Shown in pieces: positions 16,057 through 25,202 of a stretch of 49,615 nucleotides of DNA. The position numbers were made by a program, and so were the translations under genes. Position 1 is the first letter of the stretch; each line of letters begins with the position of its first letter. The notes under the pieces were generated by a model. It had not been told where the DNA came from and made no database searches. It saw only the letters and a list, made by a program, of their open reading frames with translations. The DNA is taken from the NCBI GenBank assembly GCA_964630895.1, contig CAZVYE010000004.1, forward strand, positions 1 through 49,615. Reading direction: 5' to 3'. This DNA is from an uncultured Gammaproteobacteria bacterium. Its GTDB lineage: Bacteria > Pseudomonadota > Gammaproteobacteria > Xanthomonadales > SZUA-38.

Positions 16057-17738
16057 TCCTTGATTTATTGGGGCCAGCCAAAAGGCATCTACCTCTTATC
16101 GCGCTATTGATGTTGTTCTCTGGTGTGTTGGACTTGATAGGCGTGGGCTTGGTTGTGCCACTAATTCTGGCATTTTTCGATTCTACATCGGACAGATTCT
16201 CGTATTTAAGTGCAGTATCCGAGGAGGCGTTGTTGGCAGGCTTAGTGGCCGTCTTTGCTTTAAAAACATGCGCCAGCTTTCTTCTGCAGGGTCGTATAAC
16301 GCATTTCGCCCAAACCAGTCGCTTCGACCTGATGGCAAGGCTTCTTAGGGTCTACCTGCGCCAGCCGTTGTTGTTTCACATTGAAAACCATTCTAGCGAA
16401 CTCATGAATAGAGCGATTTTCTTTACCGACAGATTTGCGGGCCTGGTATTGGTTTGTGGCGCGAGACTGCTAGCTGATGGCATCGTATTTCTGGGTTTAG
16501 TTTGTGTGCTGTTATTTATTGACCCCAAAGTCACGATAGTTCTGGGCGGTATATTGGGGATTGCGTACTTGGTACTGCATATGTTCGTGAAACGCCCACT
16601 CAGAAACCTGACTGATGTCATGGCAAATTCTCAGCAGCACTTGATCAAGGCAACGCAAGATAGTCTGGGCGCAATCGAGGAGTTGAAGGTGCTGGGACAC
16701 GAGGAGGCGTTTGTTCGAACTATCGAGAAACGAGGCAGCGTCATAAGGGACGCAAATAGCCGTTACAGTGCCTTTCAGACTTTACCTCGCAACGCAGTGG
16801 AAACCATTGTGCTTGCATTTTTGGCGGCAATTGCAATCTATTTTACGCGTCAAAACACTGATCCGGCGCAGATTCTCGCCATGCTCAGCGCCTTTGCCAT
16901 GGCCGGCATCCGGCTAATACCTGCGTCAACCTCGATTATGACCAACAGTCAGCAACTTTTCGCCAATCTCGGTGTGATAAGCATATTGCATGAGAATCTT
17001 GCTCTGCCGATACCTGAATCTACGTCGCAAGATACGCGCGACGAAGCTATTGAATCTGTGGAATTGCGTCATATTTCGTTCTCTTATCCGGGTAGCAATG
17101 TGCAGGCGGTAGCTTGCAGCGAGCTGGACCTGGAATCGGGGCATGTCTATGCCATATCTGGAGAGTCAGGGGCGGGAAAAACCACCTTGGCCGGCATTTT
17201 GCTGGGGCTCATTCAGGCGGACAATGGCATGATCTTGATAAACGGAGCGGAGACTCAAAGTAGTTGGCAACAACTGTGTGCGTATATTCCCCAGAAGCCA
17301 TTTCTCTTAGACGGGTCAATTATTGAGAATGTCACCTTGGGCGAAGATGTGTCAGCGATAGACACGGACCGTATATGGCAGGCTCTGGACAAGGTGCAGC
17401 TACTGGATGTGGTTGAACAGCTGCCAGAAAAATTGCATAGCAAGGTTGGGGAAGGTGGCGGACGGCTAAGTGGTGGACAAAGACAAAGGCTAGCGTTAGC
17501 TCGGGCTTTTTACTTTCAACGTCACCTGATCGTGTTAGACGAGTCAACATCGGCTCTGGATGCGAAGACCGAGGCTAAGGTCTTGCAAGCCGTGCGTGCG
17601 CTTGCGGACGGGGCCATCGTACTTGTGATTAGTCATTCAGACATGGTGCGATCAATTGCGGATTACGAAATTCAGGTTAGCGATGGTTTGGTAAGAGCCG
17701 CCAAGAAACTAGAAAATGTCGGGCTTCTTTCTAACTAA
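16044..17738 (+). CDS. MsbA/PglK-like ABC exporter (fused TMD-NBD half transporter)
   Basis: The N-terminal half has about 6 TM segments. It carries Walker A GESGAGKTT, signature LSGGQRQRLALARA and Walker B LIVLDESTSALD. Confidence 0.85.
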   Translation: MHKLILDLLGPAKRHLPLIALLMLFSGVLDLIGVGLVVPLILAFFDSTSDRFSYLSAVSEEALLAGLVAVFALKTCASFLLQGRITHFAQTSRFDLMARLLRVYLRQPLLFHIENHSSELMNRAIFFTDRFAGLVLVCGARLLADGIVFLGLVCVLLFIDPKVTIVLGGILGIAYLVLHMFVKRPLRNLTDVMANSQQHLIKATQDSLGAIEELKVLGHEEAFVRTIEKRGSVIRDANSRYSAFQTLPRNAVETIVLAFLAAIAIYFTRQNTDPAQILAMLSAFAMAGIRLIPASTSIMTNSQQLFANLGVISILHENLALPIPESTSQDTRDEAIESVELRHISFSYPGSNVQAVACSELDLESGHVYAISGESGAGKTTLAGILLGLIQADNGMILINGAETQSSWQQLCAYIPQKPFLLDGSIIENVTLGEDVSAIDTDRIWQALDKVQLLDVVEQLPEKLHSKVGEGGGRLSGGQRQRLALARAFYFQRHLIVLDESTSALDAKTEAKVLQAVRALADGAIVLVISHSDMVRSIADYEIQVSDGLVRAAKKLENVGLLSN

Positions 17739-19485
17739 GAGCCCCATTTGCCAGGATGACTTAGAAATTGTCCAACGCGCGTTGGTGGTGCGCGAGGGTA
17801 ATCGAGCCAAGGTAATACAGCACGGAAACTGGTGTTTGGTGACATCGATCCACTCAGAACACCCTTTTCAGGAACCGCACGTTGAGCAGACCGAAAGCAC
17901 CCTCGGATTTGTCTGGGGTAGCTTGTTTACTGGTTCTCGCCGCTTAGAAAGTGCAGATATTGCGCGGCAGCCAATGTCTGACGATTGCAATTGGGAAGGC
18001 GCTGGTTTTGCCCTGCGGCTTACGGAGCAAGGAGCTGCACAGTTTCGAACTGATGCCATGGGTTTTGTTCCCATATTTAGGAGCGGGGACTCAATCAGCA
18101 GTGATCCCGACTTATTGGGTCTGTTTAATCGAGGAAATGTATCGACCTTGGCAATCGCACAAACAGTGTTCTTTTCGCGAACGCCTATGCCAAAAACATA
18201 TTGGGAGCATGTTCACGTGCTTCCGCCGGCGAACCTGTTTGAGTGGGAGCAGGGCAAGTTGCGATCAAACTGCTACTGGGAGCCAAACGCCAGCGTCACC
18301 AGCAACAAGCACCAGTTGATCGAGCAAACGGTAGAAGGCGTGCGTTCGGCAGTGCGAAGACGAGAGTCGGCAGCCAATGGAAACGTAACGCTTCTCTTGT
18401 CGGCTGGTCTCGATTCGCGCGCGATTCTATACAGCTTGGCTAATCCTGCTGCTGCTCGTTGCCTAACGCTTGCAGACACCGAGAACGAAGAGGTGAGGTT
18501 ATCCAGAGAAATCGCCAATTCTGCTGGCGCAAAGCATGTGGTTATGTTCAGAGACGTAGAACACTATCCTCGCGAATCGGCAGGTCAAGTTCAATCGTTC
18601 TATGGGATGTGGAATTTTGCGGACTTACATACCGCAGGATTAGGTCAGAAAATACTCGAAGATAGCCCTGGCATCGTAATGACCGGCTGTTATGCAGATT
18701 ATCTTTTTAAGGGAATAGAAGTTGATCGTAGATCACGGACTGTAATGGGGAGATTTGTTCCGTGGTACGCAGTTCGGAGTACCAGCGCTCAGGGTTACTG
18801 TCCACATGCCTTTACCGATGCACCCAAGTTCCAAATGGTCTTTGAAAGGTCGTTTCATGATGTGCAGCAGCAATTTGGCAGCGTTGACGAACTGAGCCTC
18901 AAGCAGAATGAGATACGCAGAATATGGCCAATCTTTATGGAGCCCAATTTGGCGTTTCGCACGGGTCTGAGACGGTACTTGCCATGGGAGCCCGTGTTCG
19001 CTGATACCGCGCTGCTTGATGTTTGGGATCATACGCCTCGACGCTGGGCAATAAACGGCGAAATCTGGAGCAAGGCAGTTGCCAAGATGTCCCCGGTTGG
19101 CTGCCGCATTAAGAATAATAACTGGTCTGGCCGGGTAGGTGCTTCTGCGCCGGAGAATGCTGTCAGACATGTGGCAGGCTCGATATTCAGGAAGTTTCAA
19201 AAGTTAAAACAAGAGATGCTTCCCGCGCACGCCACCATCGGCTCCTGGCCAAACTATGCCGTAGTTCTAGAGCAATCGAGTCGCTTCCATCAAGACTGGA
19301 ATGCCATAAGTGCGGCAACGAAAGAGTTAGTTGCCGAAGCAACAGGGCAAGACTATTGGTCGCAGGATCTCAGCCATTGGATTCGCCGCGATGCGCTTGC
19401 CTTGATGCGGGTTTTTACAATCGCGCGTTGGCATGATGGTATCGAACAAAGACGCCGGGAATGGCGTGGGAAAGTGGCAGCCTGA
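17716..19485 (+). CDS. Asparagine-synthetase-like adenylating protein without the glutaminase nucleophile
   Basis: PP-loop VTLLLSAGLDSRAILY is present. The N-terminus MSGFFLTK has Ser rather than Cys at position 2. It overlaps the ABC gene by 23 nt. 589 aa. Confidence 0.65.
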   Translation: MSGFFLTKSPICQDDLEIVQRALVVREGNRAKVIQHGNWCLVTSIHSEHPFQEPHVEQTESTLGFVWGSLFTGSRRLESADIARQPMSDDCNWEGAGFALRLTEQGAAQFRTDAMGFVPIFRSGDSISSDPDLLGLFNRGNVSTLAIAQTVFFSRTPMPKTYWEHVHVLPPANLFEWEQGKLRSNCYWEPNASVTSNKHQLIEQTVEGVRSAVRRRESAANGNVTLLLSAGLDSRAILYSLANPAAARCLTLADTENEEVRLSREIANSAGAKHVVMFRDVEHYPRESAGQVQSFYGMWNFADLHTAGLGQKILEDSPGIVMTGCYADYLFKGIEVDRRSRTVMGRFVPWYAVRSTSAQGYCPHAFTDAPKFQMVFERSFHDVQQQFGSVDELSLKQNEIRRIWPIFMEPNLAFRTGLRRYLPWEPVFADTALLDVWDHTPRRWAINGEIWSKAVAKMSPVGCRIKNNNWSGRVGASAPENAVRHVAGSIFRKFQKLKQEMLPAHATIGSWPNYAVVLEQSSRFHQDWNAISAATKELVAEATGQDYWSQDLSHWIRRDALALMRVFTIARWHDGIEQRRREWRGKVAA

Positions 19486-20810
19486 TGCGAGTACTCGTGG
19501 TTACACCAGAATTTCATCAGGGTGGCGGCATCGGCACATTCTATCGTCAACTGGTGCCGCAGCTTCGATCTATGGGCTGTGAAGTCGACGTACTGATAAA
19601 TGCCCCTTTTGATACTGATGAATCATCCCAGCATGCCGACGTAATTGGTCCGAGCCAAGGGGCGTTAGATGAACAACGCAAAAACTTTCTTGGCAGTGAC
19701 CACTTTCATCCTCTGGGGCAATTCTTAAGAACGAGTTTTGCTGCCTTCGAAACTGTAGACCCAGCCGATTATGACGTAATTGAAGCTGCGGATTGGGGAT
19801 TGGGATTTGTTCCGTTTGTCCTGAATGCGCAAACACCGGTTGTCGTGCGAGCTCATGCGAGTGCGGGGCAGGTTGAAGCACACGAAGACCTTGGTTCAGT
19901 TACAGAGCTGTCTCGACAGCTGATTACCCTGGAAAGCCTGGGAATGCGGGCTGCCAGTGCAGTCACGAGCTATTCCCAGGCAAATTGTCGCTATTGGGAA
20001 AACTTGTTGTGCCGAGAAGTCCCCTTAATTCCGCCTGCATTGGTTCGAGCGAGTGCAGAAAATCCACTGGTCGCAGCAGATACGTCATATGGGCTTGTGG
20101 CAGGTAGGGTGCAGAGATGGAAAGGCGCAGAGGTCCTCTGTGAGGCTTTTGCAGGTGATACGCCAACCGAAGCTAGAATCGAGTGGTACGGAAGCAGTGT
20201 TGGATACGATCTACAGGGTCGTGCGCAAAATTACTGCGATTATCTTGCAGCGAAGTTCCCCCAGGTAGTTGGCAAGAACGTGCTTTTCAAAGGGCCAACA
20301 ACCCAAGACCATTTAGACGAGTTGCGCCAGACGGCGGGCTTTTGCCTGGTGCCCTCAACCTGGGATGTATTTAATTTTACTGCCGCCGAGGCACTCGCAG
20401 CCGGGCGGCCTCTGATTGTCTCCGAGCAAACAGGCATTAGCGGATACTTGGACAACGGGCAACATGCTCTGATTTATGATGGGGCATCTCCGAGCGAGCT
20501 TTCGGCGACCCTCAAAAAATTCCTCGGAATGTCAGCGGACCAGGTGGCATCAATTGCGCGAGCAGGGCAAGAACGAGCCAGAAGTTTATTTTCGCCAGAG
20601 TCAGTTGGTAAAGCTACATTGGCGCTCTATGAGGATGTTAAGCGGACACACAAACCTTTGGGGACAGAACACGATTTTGCGCGCTCCTTGATCAGAGAAT
20701 GGCTGCAATTTGATCCAAGGGCTCAGGACAGGGCATTAAGCAAGACGCCTATCAAGGGAATTTCGCGGCATCTTGCCAAAAGGATTATTGGACGTGTCTT
20801 CCCCCGCTGA
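19485..20810 (+). CDS. Glycosyltransferase family 4
   Basis: MRVLVVTPEFHQGGGIGTFY forms the N-terminus, and the GT-B C-terminal region reads LVPSTWDVFNFTAAEALAAGRPLIVSE. ATG 19485 overlaps the upstream TGA. Confidence 0.75.
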   Translation: MRVLVVTPEFHQGGGIGTFYRQLVPQLRSMGCEVDVLINAPFDTDESSQHADVIGPSQGALDEQRKNFLGSDHFHPLGQFLRTSFAAFETVDPADYDVIEAADWGLGFVPFVLNAQTPVVVRAHASAGQVEAHEDLGSVTELSRQLITLESLGMRAASAVTSYSQANCRYWENLLCREVPLIPPALVRASAENPLVAADTSYGLVAGRVQRWKGAEVLCEAFAGDTPTEARIEWYGSSVGYDLQGRAQNYCDYLAAKFPQVVGKNVLFKGPTTQDHLDELRQTAGFCLVPSTWDVFNFTAAEALAAGRPLIVSEQTGISGYLDNGQHALIYDGASPSELSATLKKFLGMSADQVASIARAGQERARSLFSPESVGKATLALYEDVKRTHKPLGTEHDFARSLIREWLQFDPRAQDRALSKTPIKGISRHLAKRIIGRVFPR

Positions 20811-21738
20811 AGTCGCACTGTTAGTACCTGCTTATAATGCTGAAGCGCATCTGCCGAGGCTCCTGTCTTCGGCCCAAGATCAGTCTGTGCCATTTGCTGA
20901 TATTTGGGTCTATGACGATGCTTCCACGGATCGAACCCGTGCAGTTGCAGAATCCCATGGAGCCAAGGTGCTTGCAGGGGATAGCAATGTAGGGTGCTCA
21001 ATGGGCAAGCACCGTCTGCTGATGCAGACCGAGTGCGAGTATGTGCATTTTCACGACGCTGATGACGATTTGGATACTGATTTTGTCGAAAACTGTCAGT
21101 CATGGCTGGGCCAAGCCAACCCGCCGGAAGTTGTAATCTTTTCATACCGAGAGATATCGAGCGAAAGCGGGCAGGCGCTTGGAGTGCGACACTTTGATGA
21201 TGAGGCGGCTAAAGCGGACACCATTGGATACGCGCTTTCAAATCAAATAAACCCATTTTGTGGTTTATATAAAAGACAAACACTGTTGAATAACAAAGGC
21301 TATCAGCTGGATGACAAGTATCTTTATAACGAAGATGTTTATTTTCATTTGCGATTAGCCTTCAGTGGAGTCCAGTTCCGATGTGATTCGCGGATTTGCG
21401 TAACAAACATTCGTCGCAGCGATTCCATGTCGTCCGCAAATCCAAAAGCTTGCGTGGCGGCGCAAATAGAGGTGATGAAGTGGGCAGCGTCCCAAGTCAT
21501 TTCATCTGAACACCAAAGCATAGTTGCCCGGAAACTCTGCGTTCTTTCAGGGCTGGCTGGTGCCCAATCCATGTGGCAAGAGGCAGTGGACGCAGCCAGG
21601 TTGGCGCGAAATTTGGATCGTACTATTCCGTTTGCATCAACTACAGCGATCAACACGGTTTGGAAAACACTACCGAGTGCGGCCGTATTTCTCCGGGAGC
21701 TGGCGATCCGAATATCTGGTCGGCGCAGAGGAAATTGA
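20773..21738 (+). CDS. Glycosyltransferase family 2
   Basis: VALLVPAYNAEAHLPRLLSSAQDQS...IWVYDDASTDRT and HFHDADD (DxD) are present. The start is uncertain: ATG 20773 or GTG 20791. Confidence 0.75.
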   Translation: MPKGLLDVSSPAEVALLVPAYNAEAHLPRLLSSAQDQSVPFADIWVYDDASTDRTRAVAESHGAKVLAGDSNVGCSMGKHRLLMQTECEYVHFHDADDDLDTDFVENCQSWLGQANPPEVVIFSYREISSESGQALGVRHFDDEAAKADTIGYALSNQINPFCGLYKRQTLLNNKGYQLDDKYLYNEDVYFHLRLAFSGVQFRCDSRICVTNIRRSDSMSSANPKACVAAQIEVMKWAASQVISSEHQSIVARKLCVLSGLAGAQSMWQEAVDAARLARNLDRTIPFASTTAINTVWKTLPSAAVFLRELAIRISGRRRGN

Positions 21739-21742
21739 AGCA

Positions 21743-22987
21743 TTGAGCCGGGCAGCGGGTCTAAAAGTTTTGCTGCTTAGCCAAGCTGACATCGAGCATC
21801 AGCCCAGACTAAGAAAAGCAGCAAAGTTTTGGTACGAGCAGGGAGCTAGTATCGCCATTTTCTGTCCGCGAGTTGGAATGGCCAGTGCTGCAGACATTCA
21901 ATCATTTACCGAGTCAAAAAATTACCAGCTCATCGAGCGCGATATGACCAAGGAGAGCATGCGCTCGAAAGTCTTATGGCTGGTGGCTTCGGTAACGCAG
22001 CAGCTGCAACGATTAATGTTTCGCATCCACCTTTGGAATTTGCCGACTGGCTATATCATCAAAAGCATAATCGGCGTTCGTCCGGCACGTCTGCCAGCGG
22101 TGGACATTGTTATTGTGCACCTGGCCGAGCTAATACCCTTTGCACTTAAAGTCGTTGCAGCAAATGATGCGAAACTTGTTTTCGACAGCCAAGAGTACTT
22201 TACGGGCCAATACGCACATCATGACCCCTCGACTAGACGCTGGATTGAAGAAGCCTATGTGGCTGGCCTCAAGCAGAGTTGTCTCACTACCGCAACCACC
22301 AATGTGATGGCGCGTAAAATAGCTGAACGGTTTATGGTGTCTCCGCCGCTTCGGCTAAGAAACTTTCCCTATACCAGTTCAGATGCTACGCCAACGCATC
22401 GAGAGAACGACAACGCTACAAGATTAATTTGGCAAGGTATGACGCTGTGTCTTGCCGGCAGAGGGGTAAAGACTATCTTAGAGGCAGTCGCGAAGACTGG
22501 GCCAGAATTCTGTCTGGTATTGCAAGGCAATTTGTCACCGACAGATCGCATTGAACTCGAATCAAAAATACAAGAGCTTCAGTTGGAAGATCGAGTGGAA
22601 TTACGTGCTGCTGCGACTCCTGAGTTAATGATTCAATCATTGCAGGAGTCTGATATCGGGTTGCTCGCTGAAACCGCAGATGATCAGAACTATCAGCTTA
22701 CTGATGCCAATAAGCTGGCCGCATATATTCATGCTGGTTTGATGGTCGTGGCACCAGCTTTGGAGGGGTATATGGAGACCGCAGAGGACACGGGTTGCAC
22801 GGTGTTCTACGAGCCAGATTCGAGTGAGTCTCTATATGAGACTCTGACAGCACTGGACACGATAGATATACAGAGATCAAAAGAAGCGGCTGTGGCGGCC
22901 CGGGCGACACTGATCTGGCCAAATGACTATCAGGCCGTGTTCTCGAAAGTGATGCAGGATTGCGTTGGACGCAGCCCCGAAAATTGA
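21743..22987 (+). CDS. Putative GT-B-fold glycosyltransferase
   Basis: It has a KVLLLSQ beta-1 strand and a C-terminal Rossmann-like region (IGLLAETADDQNYQLTDANKLAAYIHAGLMVVAP). The track start at 21524 overlaps the upstream gene by 215 nt. I prefer TTG 21743, preceded by GAGGAA. Confidence 0.5.
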   Translation: MSRAAGLKVLLLSQADIEHQPRLRKAAKFWYEQGASIAIFCPRVGMASAADIQSFTESKNYQLIERDMTKESMRSKVLWLVASVTQQLQRLMFRIHLWNLPTGYIIKSIIGVRPARLPAVDIVIVHLAELIPFALKVVAANDAKLVFDSQEYFTGQYAHHDPSTRRWIEEAYVAGLKQSCLTTATTNVMARKIAERFMVSPPLRLRNFPYTSSDATPTHRENDNATRLIWQGMTLCLAGRGVKTILEAVAKTGPEFCLVLQGNLSPTDRIELESKIQELQLEDRVELRAAATPELMIQSLQESDIGLLAETADDQNYQLTDANKLAAYIHAGLMVVAPALEGYMETAEDTGCTVFYEPDSSESLYETLTALDTIDIQRSKEAAVAARATLIWPNDYQAVFSKVMQDCVGRSPEN

Positions 22988-23927
22988 CGTCATTATTCCT
23001 GCCTGGCAGGCCTCAGAAACCATCGGTGCATGCATCGAATCGGTGCTTGCGCAAGATTACCAGGAATGGAAGGTCATTCTGGTTGATGACGGTTCCAGCG
23101 ATGGCACCTTCGACGTTGCCCAAAGCTATACGGATGAACGCATTCAGTGTCTACAGCAATCCAACCAGGGAGCCGCCGCTGCAAGGAACCGGGGCTTGGA
23201 GCATGCAACCGGAGACTTTATCGTTTTTCTGGACTCCGATGATCTGTTGGAGTCCAACAAATTCAGTGAACAAGTCAGCGTTGCGCAAAAACTGCCACAA
23301 ACTGTTTTGACCTTTGGCGCATATACCAGGTTTTGGGAAGACGGCACTAGGGAAACAAACAATCCGGCACGAGGCTACGAAGATATGGTCGATCCATTGG
23401 CGTTGATACGGCATTTATGGCTTGAGAACGAGATGGTACAACCTGCTTGCTACCTCATACCGCGTCGTATAGCTGAAACGATTGGTCCCTGGAATACAGA
23501 TTTGACCCTCGACGACGACGGTGAGTATTTTACAAGAGTACTGTTGGCCAGTGAGGCTGTTCACTATGTGCCCACGGCGAAAATCTACTATCGTTCGGGG
23601 CGAACAAGTAGTTTGGCGCATGCCCACAACAGTGCTGCGCTACGGTCCCGTTGGTTGTCGTGTCGCGCGCAGGTGCAGGCAGTATTTAGGCATAACAAGA
23701 CGAACGAAACGGAGCGTGCGGCGGCGGCCCGTATTACACGATTCCTCCGAGATTCGTTTCCACTTGTTCCCAAATGCCGCAGGGATGCTCGCGAATGGTT
23801 AGAGCAGTTACCAGCAATTGAATTGCCGGCGGAAAATTCGCCAAGATATGAGTGGATCGCCAGGTGGTTTGGCTGGCGAATTGCGCGCATCGCCCAAAGA
23901 GCGTACCAAGCCATATTTCAAGCGTGA
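22965..23927 (+). CDS. Glycosyltransferase family 2
   Basis: IDVIIPAWQASETIGACIESVLAQDYQEWKVILVDDGSSDGT and FLDSDD (DxD) are present. Confidence 0.8.
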   Translation: MDAAPKIDVIIPAWQASETIGACIESVLAQDYQEWKVILVDDGSSDGTFDVAQSYTDERIQCLQQSNQGAAAARNRGLEHATGDFIVFLDSDDLLESNKFSEQVSVAQKLPQTVLTFGAYTRFWEDGTRETNNPARGYEDMVDPLALIRHLWLENEMVQPACYLIPRRIAETIGPWNTDLTLDDDGEYFTRVLLASEAVHYVPTAKIYYRSGRTSSLAHAHNSAALRSRWLSCRAQVQAVFRHNKTNETERAAAARITRFLRDSFPLVPKCRRDAREWLEQLPAIELPAENSPRYEWIARWFGWRIARIAQRAYQAIFQA

Positions 23928-23951
23928 TTTGAAATTAACAAACCAGACTCG

Positions 23952-25202
23952 ATTAAGCGCGTCCTCATTGTCAGTCCGCAATTTGCCCCGGTCAACGCGC
24001 CGGAAATGCATCGTGTGAGAATGCTTTTGCCCCGTCTGGAAGCTAACGGTTGGGACTACAGATTGCTGACCGTGCGGCCAGACCAATGCGACTTTGAGCT
24101 AGATGATCAGTTGCGAGTGATAAGTCGCTACGACGAATCCAAGAAATCCGAAGCTGGTGCCATACCCAAGAGGCTGAGCGGACTGTTTGGAATAAACAAT
24201 ATAGGCTATCGCAGCTTCTTTTCTTTGCTTATTTCAGGTTTCAAGATACTGCGGAAAGAGCGTTGTACTTTAGTGTTTTTTTCGACGACTTCGTTCTTTA
24301 CATTGTTACTCGGGCCAATCTGGAAAAGATTACTTGGAGTTGCATACGTTATTGATATCCAGGACATGATCTACACGGATTTCTACGACGATAAACCACG
24401 TTCGGAGTGGCCTAAGAAGCACGGGATATCTAAGTATCTTAACCGCTGGCTTGAGCGCGTTACGGTGCAGCGTGCAGCCGGTGTTGTTACAGTTTCCGAA
24501 GACTATTGCAGGCAGCTGAATTCGCGCTATGGAGCACGCGAATCACTGGCATGTCAGGTGCTGCCCTTTGGCACGTCTGTTTCTGACTTCAAAACACTGG
24601 CCATGTCATGTGATAGAAGCGCCAAATCCAGTCAGACATTGATTGTTAGATATTTGGGTAGAGTAACGAGAAGCATGCTTTCGTCAGTAGATTTACTGCT
24701 GACCGCCCTGAGCCGAATTCAGGTCACCGTGAGCTGCGAGTTTATCGGAACAAGTTATTATCTTTCCGCTGACGATACGGGCATAGTGGGGCACCGCGCG
24801 GCGACCGCATTTCGAGACTTAGAAGTCTCAGAAAACCCCAATCGTATTGGGTTTGTGGACAATTTGAAATCCATGCTTTCCGCAGATGTCCTGGTTGTTC
24901 TCGGTTCGGAGGATTCGGCCTATGAACCGTCGAAAGCCTACGCATGCCTAGCTACTGGCAATCCAGTTATTTTGGCCTCGCCCGAAGAGAATCAATTAAC
25001 AGAGAAAATGAGCGGGATTGCAGGTGTGCACGTGTTGACAGGAGAGGTCACCCATGACGATGTCGTTGCAATTGAGCAACTTTTGACTCTGGATACCAGT
25101 GGATTGTTCGCGCAACGGTCTGCTGTAGTTGAGCAGTTCGATGCTACGTCAAATGCCCGGAAATTGTGTGTGTTTTTTGATGAGGTTTCTGGCGGTGCAT
25201 GA
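23952..25202 (+). CDS. Glycosyltransferase (GT4/WcaI-like GT-B) with no canonical start codon at its conserved N-terminus
   Basis: The first ATG is at 24006, but the frame is open from 23928. It encodes a canonical GT-B N-terminus there: (I)KRVLIVSPQFAPVNAPEMHRVRMLLPRLEANGWDY. I therefore place the start at ATT 23952. The C-terminal region includes EPSKAYACLATGNPVILAS. Confidence 0.5.
   Translation: MKRVLIVSPQFAPVNAPEMHRVRMLLPRLEANGWDYRLLTVRPDQCDFELDDQLRVISRYDESKKSEAGAIPKRLSGLFGINNIGYRSFFSLLISGFKILRKERCTLVFFSTTSFFTLLLGPIWKRLLGVAYVIDIQDMIYTDFYDDKPRSEWPKKHGISKYLNRWLERVTVQRAAGVVTVSEDYCRQLNSRYGARESLACQVLPFGTSVSDFKTLAMSCDRSAKSSQTLIVRYLGRVTRSMLSSVDLLLTALSRIQVTVSCEFIGTSYYLSADDTGIVGHRAATAFRDLEVSENPNRIGFVDNLKSMLSADVLVVLGSEDSAYEPSKAYACLATGNPVILASPEENQLTEKMSGIAGVHVLTGEVTHDDVVAIEQLLTLDTSGLFAQRSAVVEQFDATSNARKLCVFFDEVSGGA

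Noticed and set aside
18733-19200. Other sizeable antisense ORFs in the track (18733-19200 with 155 aa, 9429-9881 with 150 aa, 20723-21145 with 140 aa, 31431-31877 with 148 aa and 32000-32438 with 146 aa)
   Set aside because: All lie opposite confidently assigned genes. They have Arg/Ser/Pro/Cys-rich compositions, lack ribosome-binding sites and contain no recognisable domains.
21524-21742. Long 5' extensions of track ORFs that overlap upstream genes (21524-21742; also 14839-14988, 25129-25179 and 36978-37052)
   Set aside because: These are longest-ORF artefacts. In each case a start at or just after the upstream stop gives the expected family N-terminus or signal peptide.
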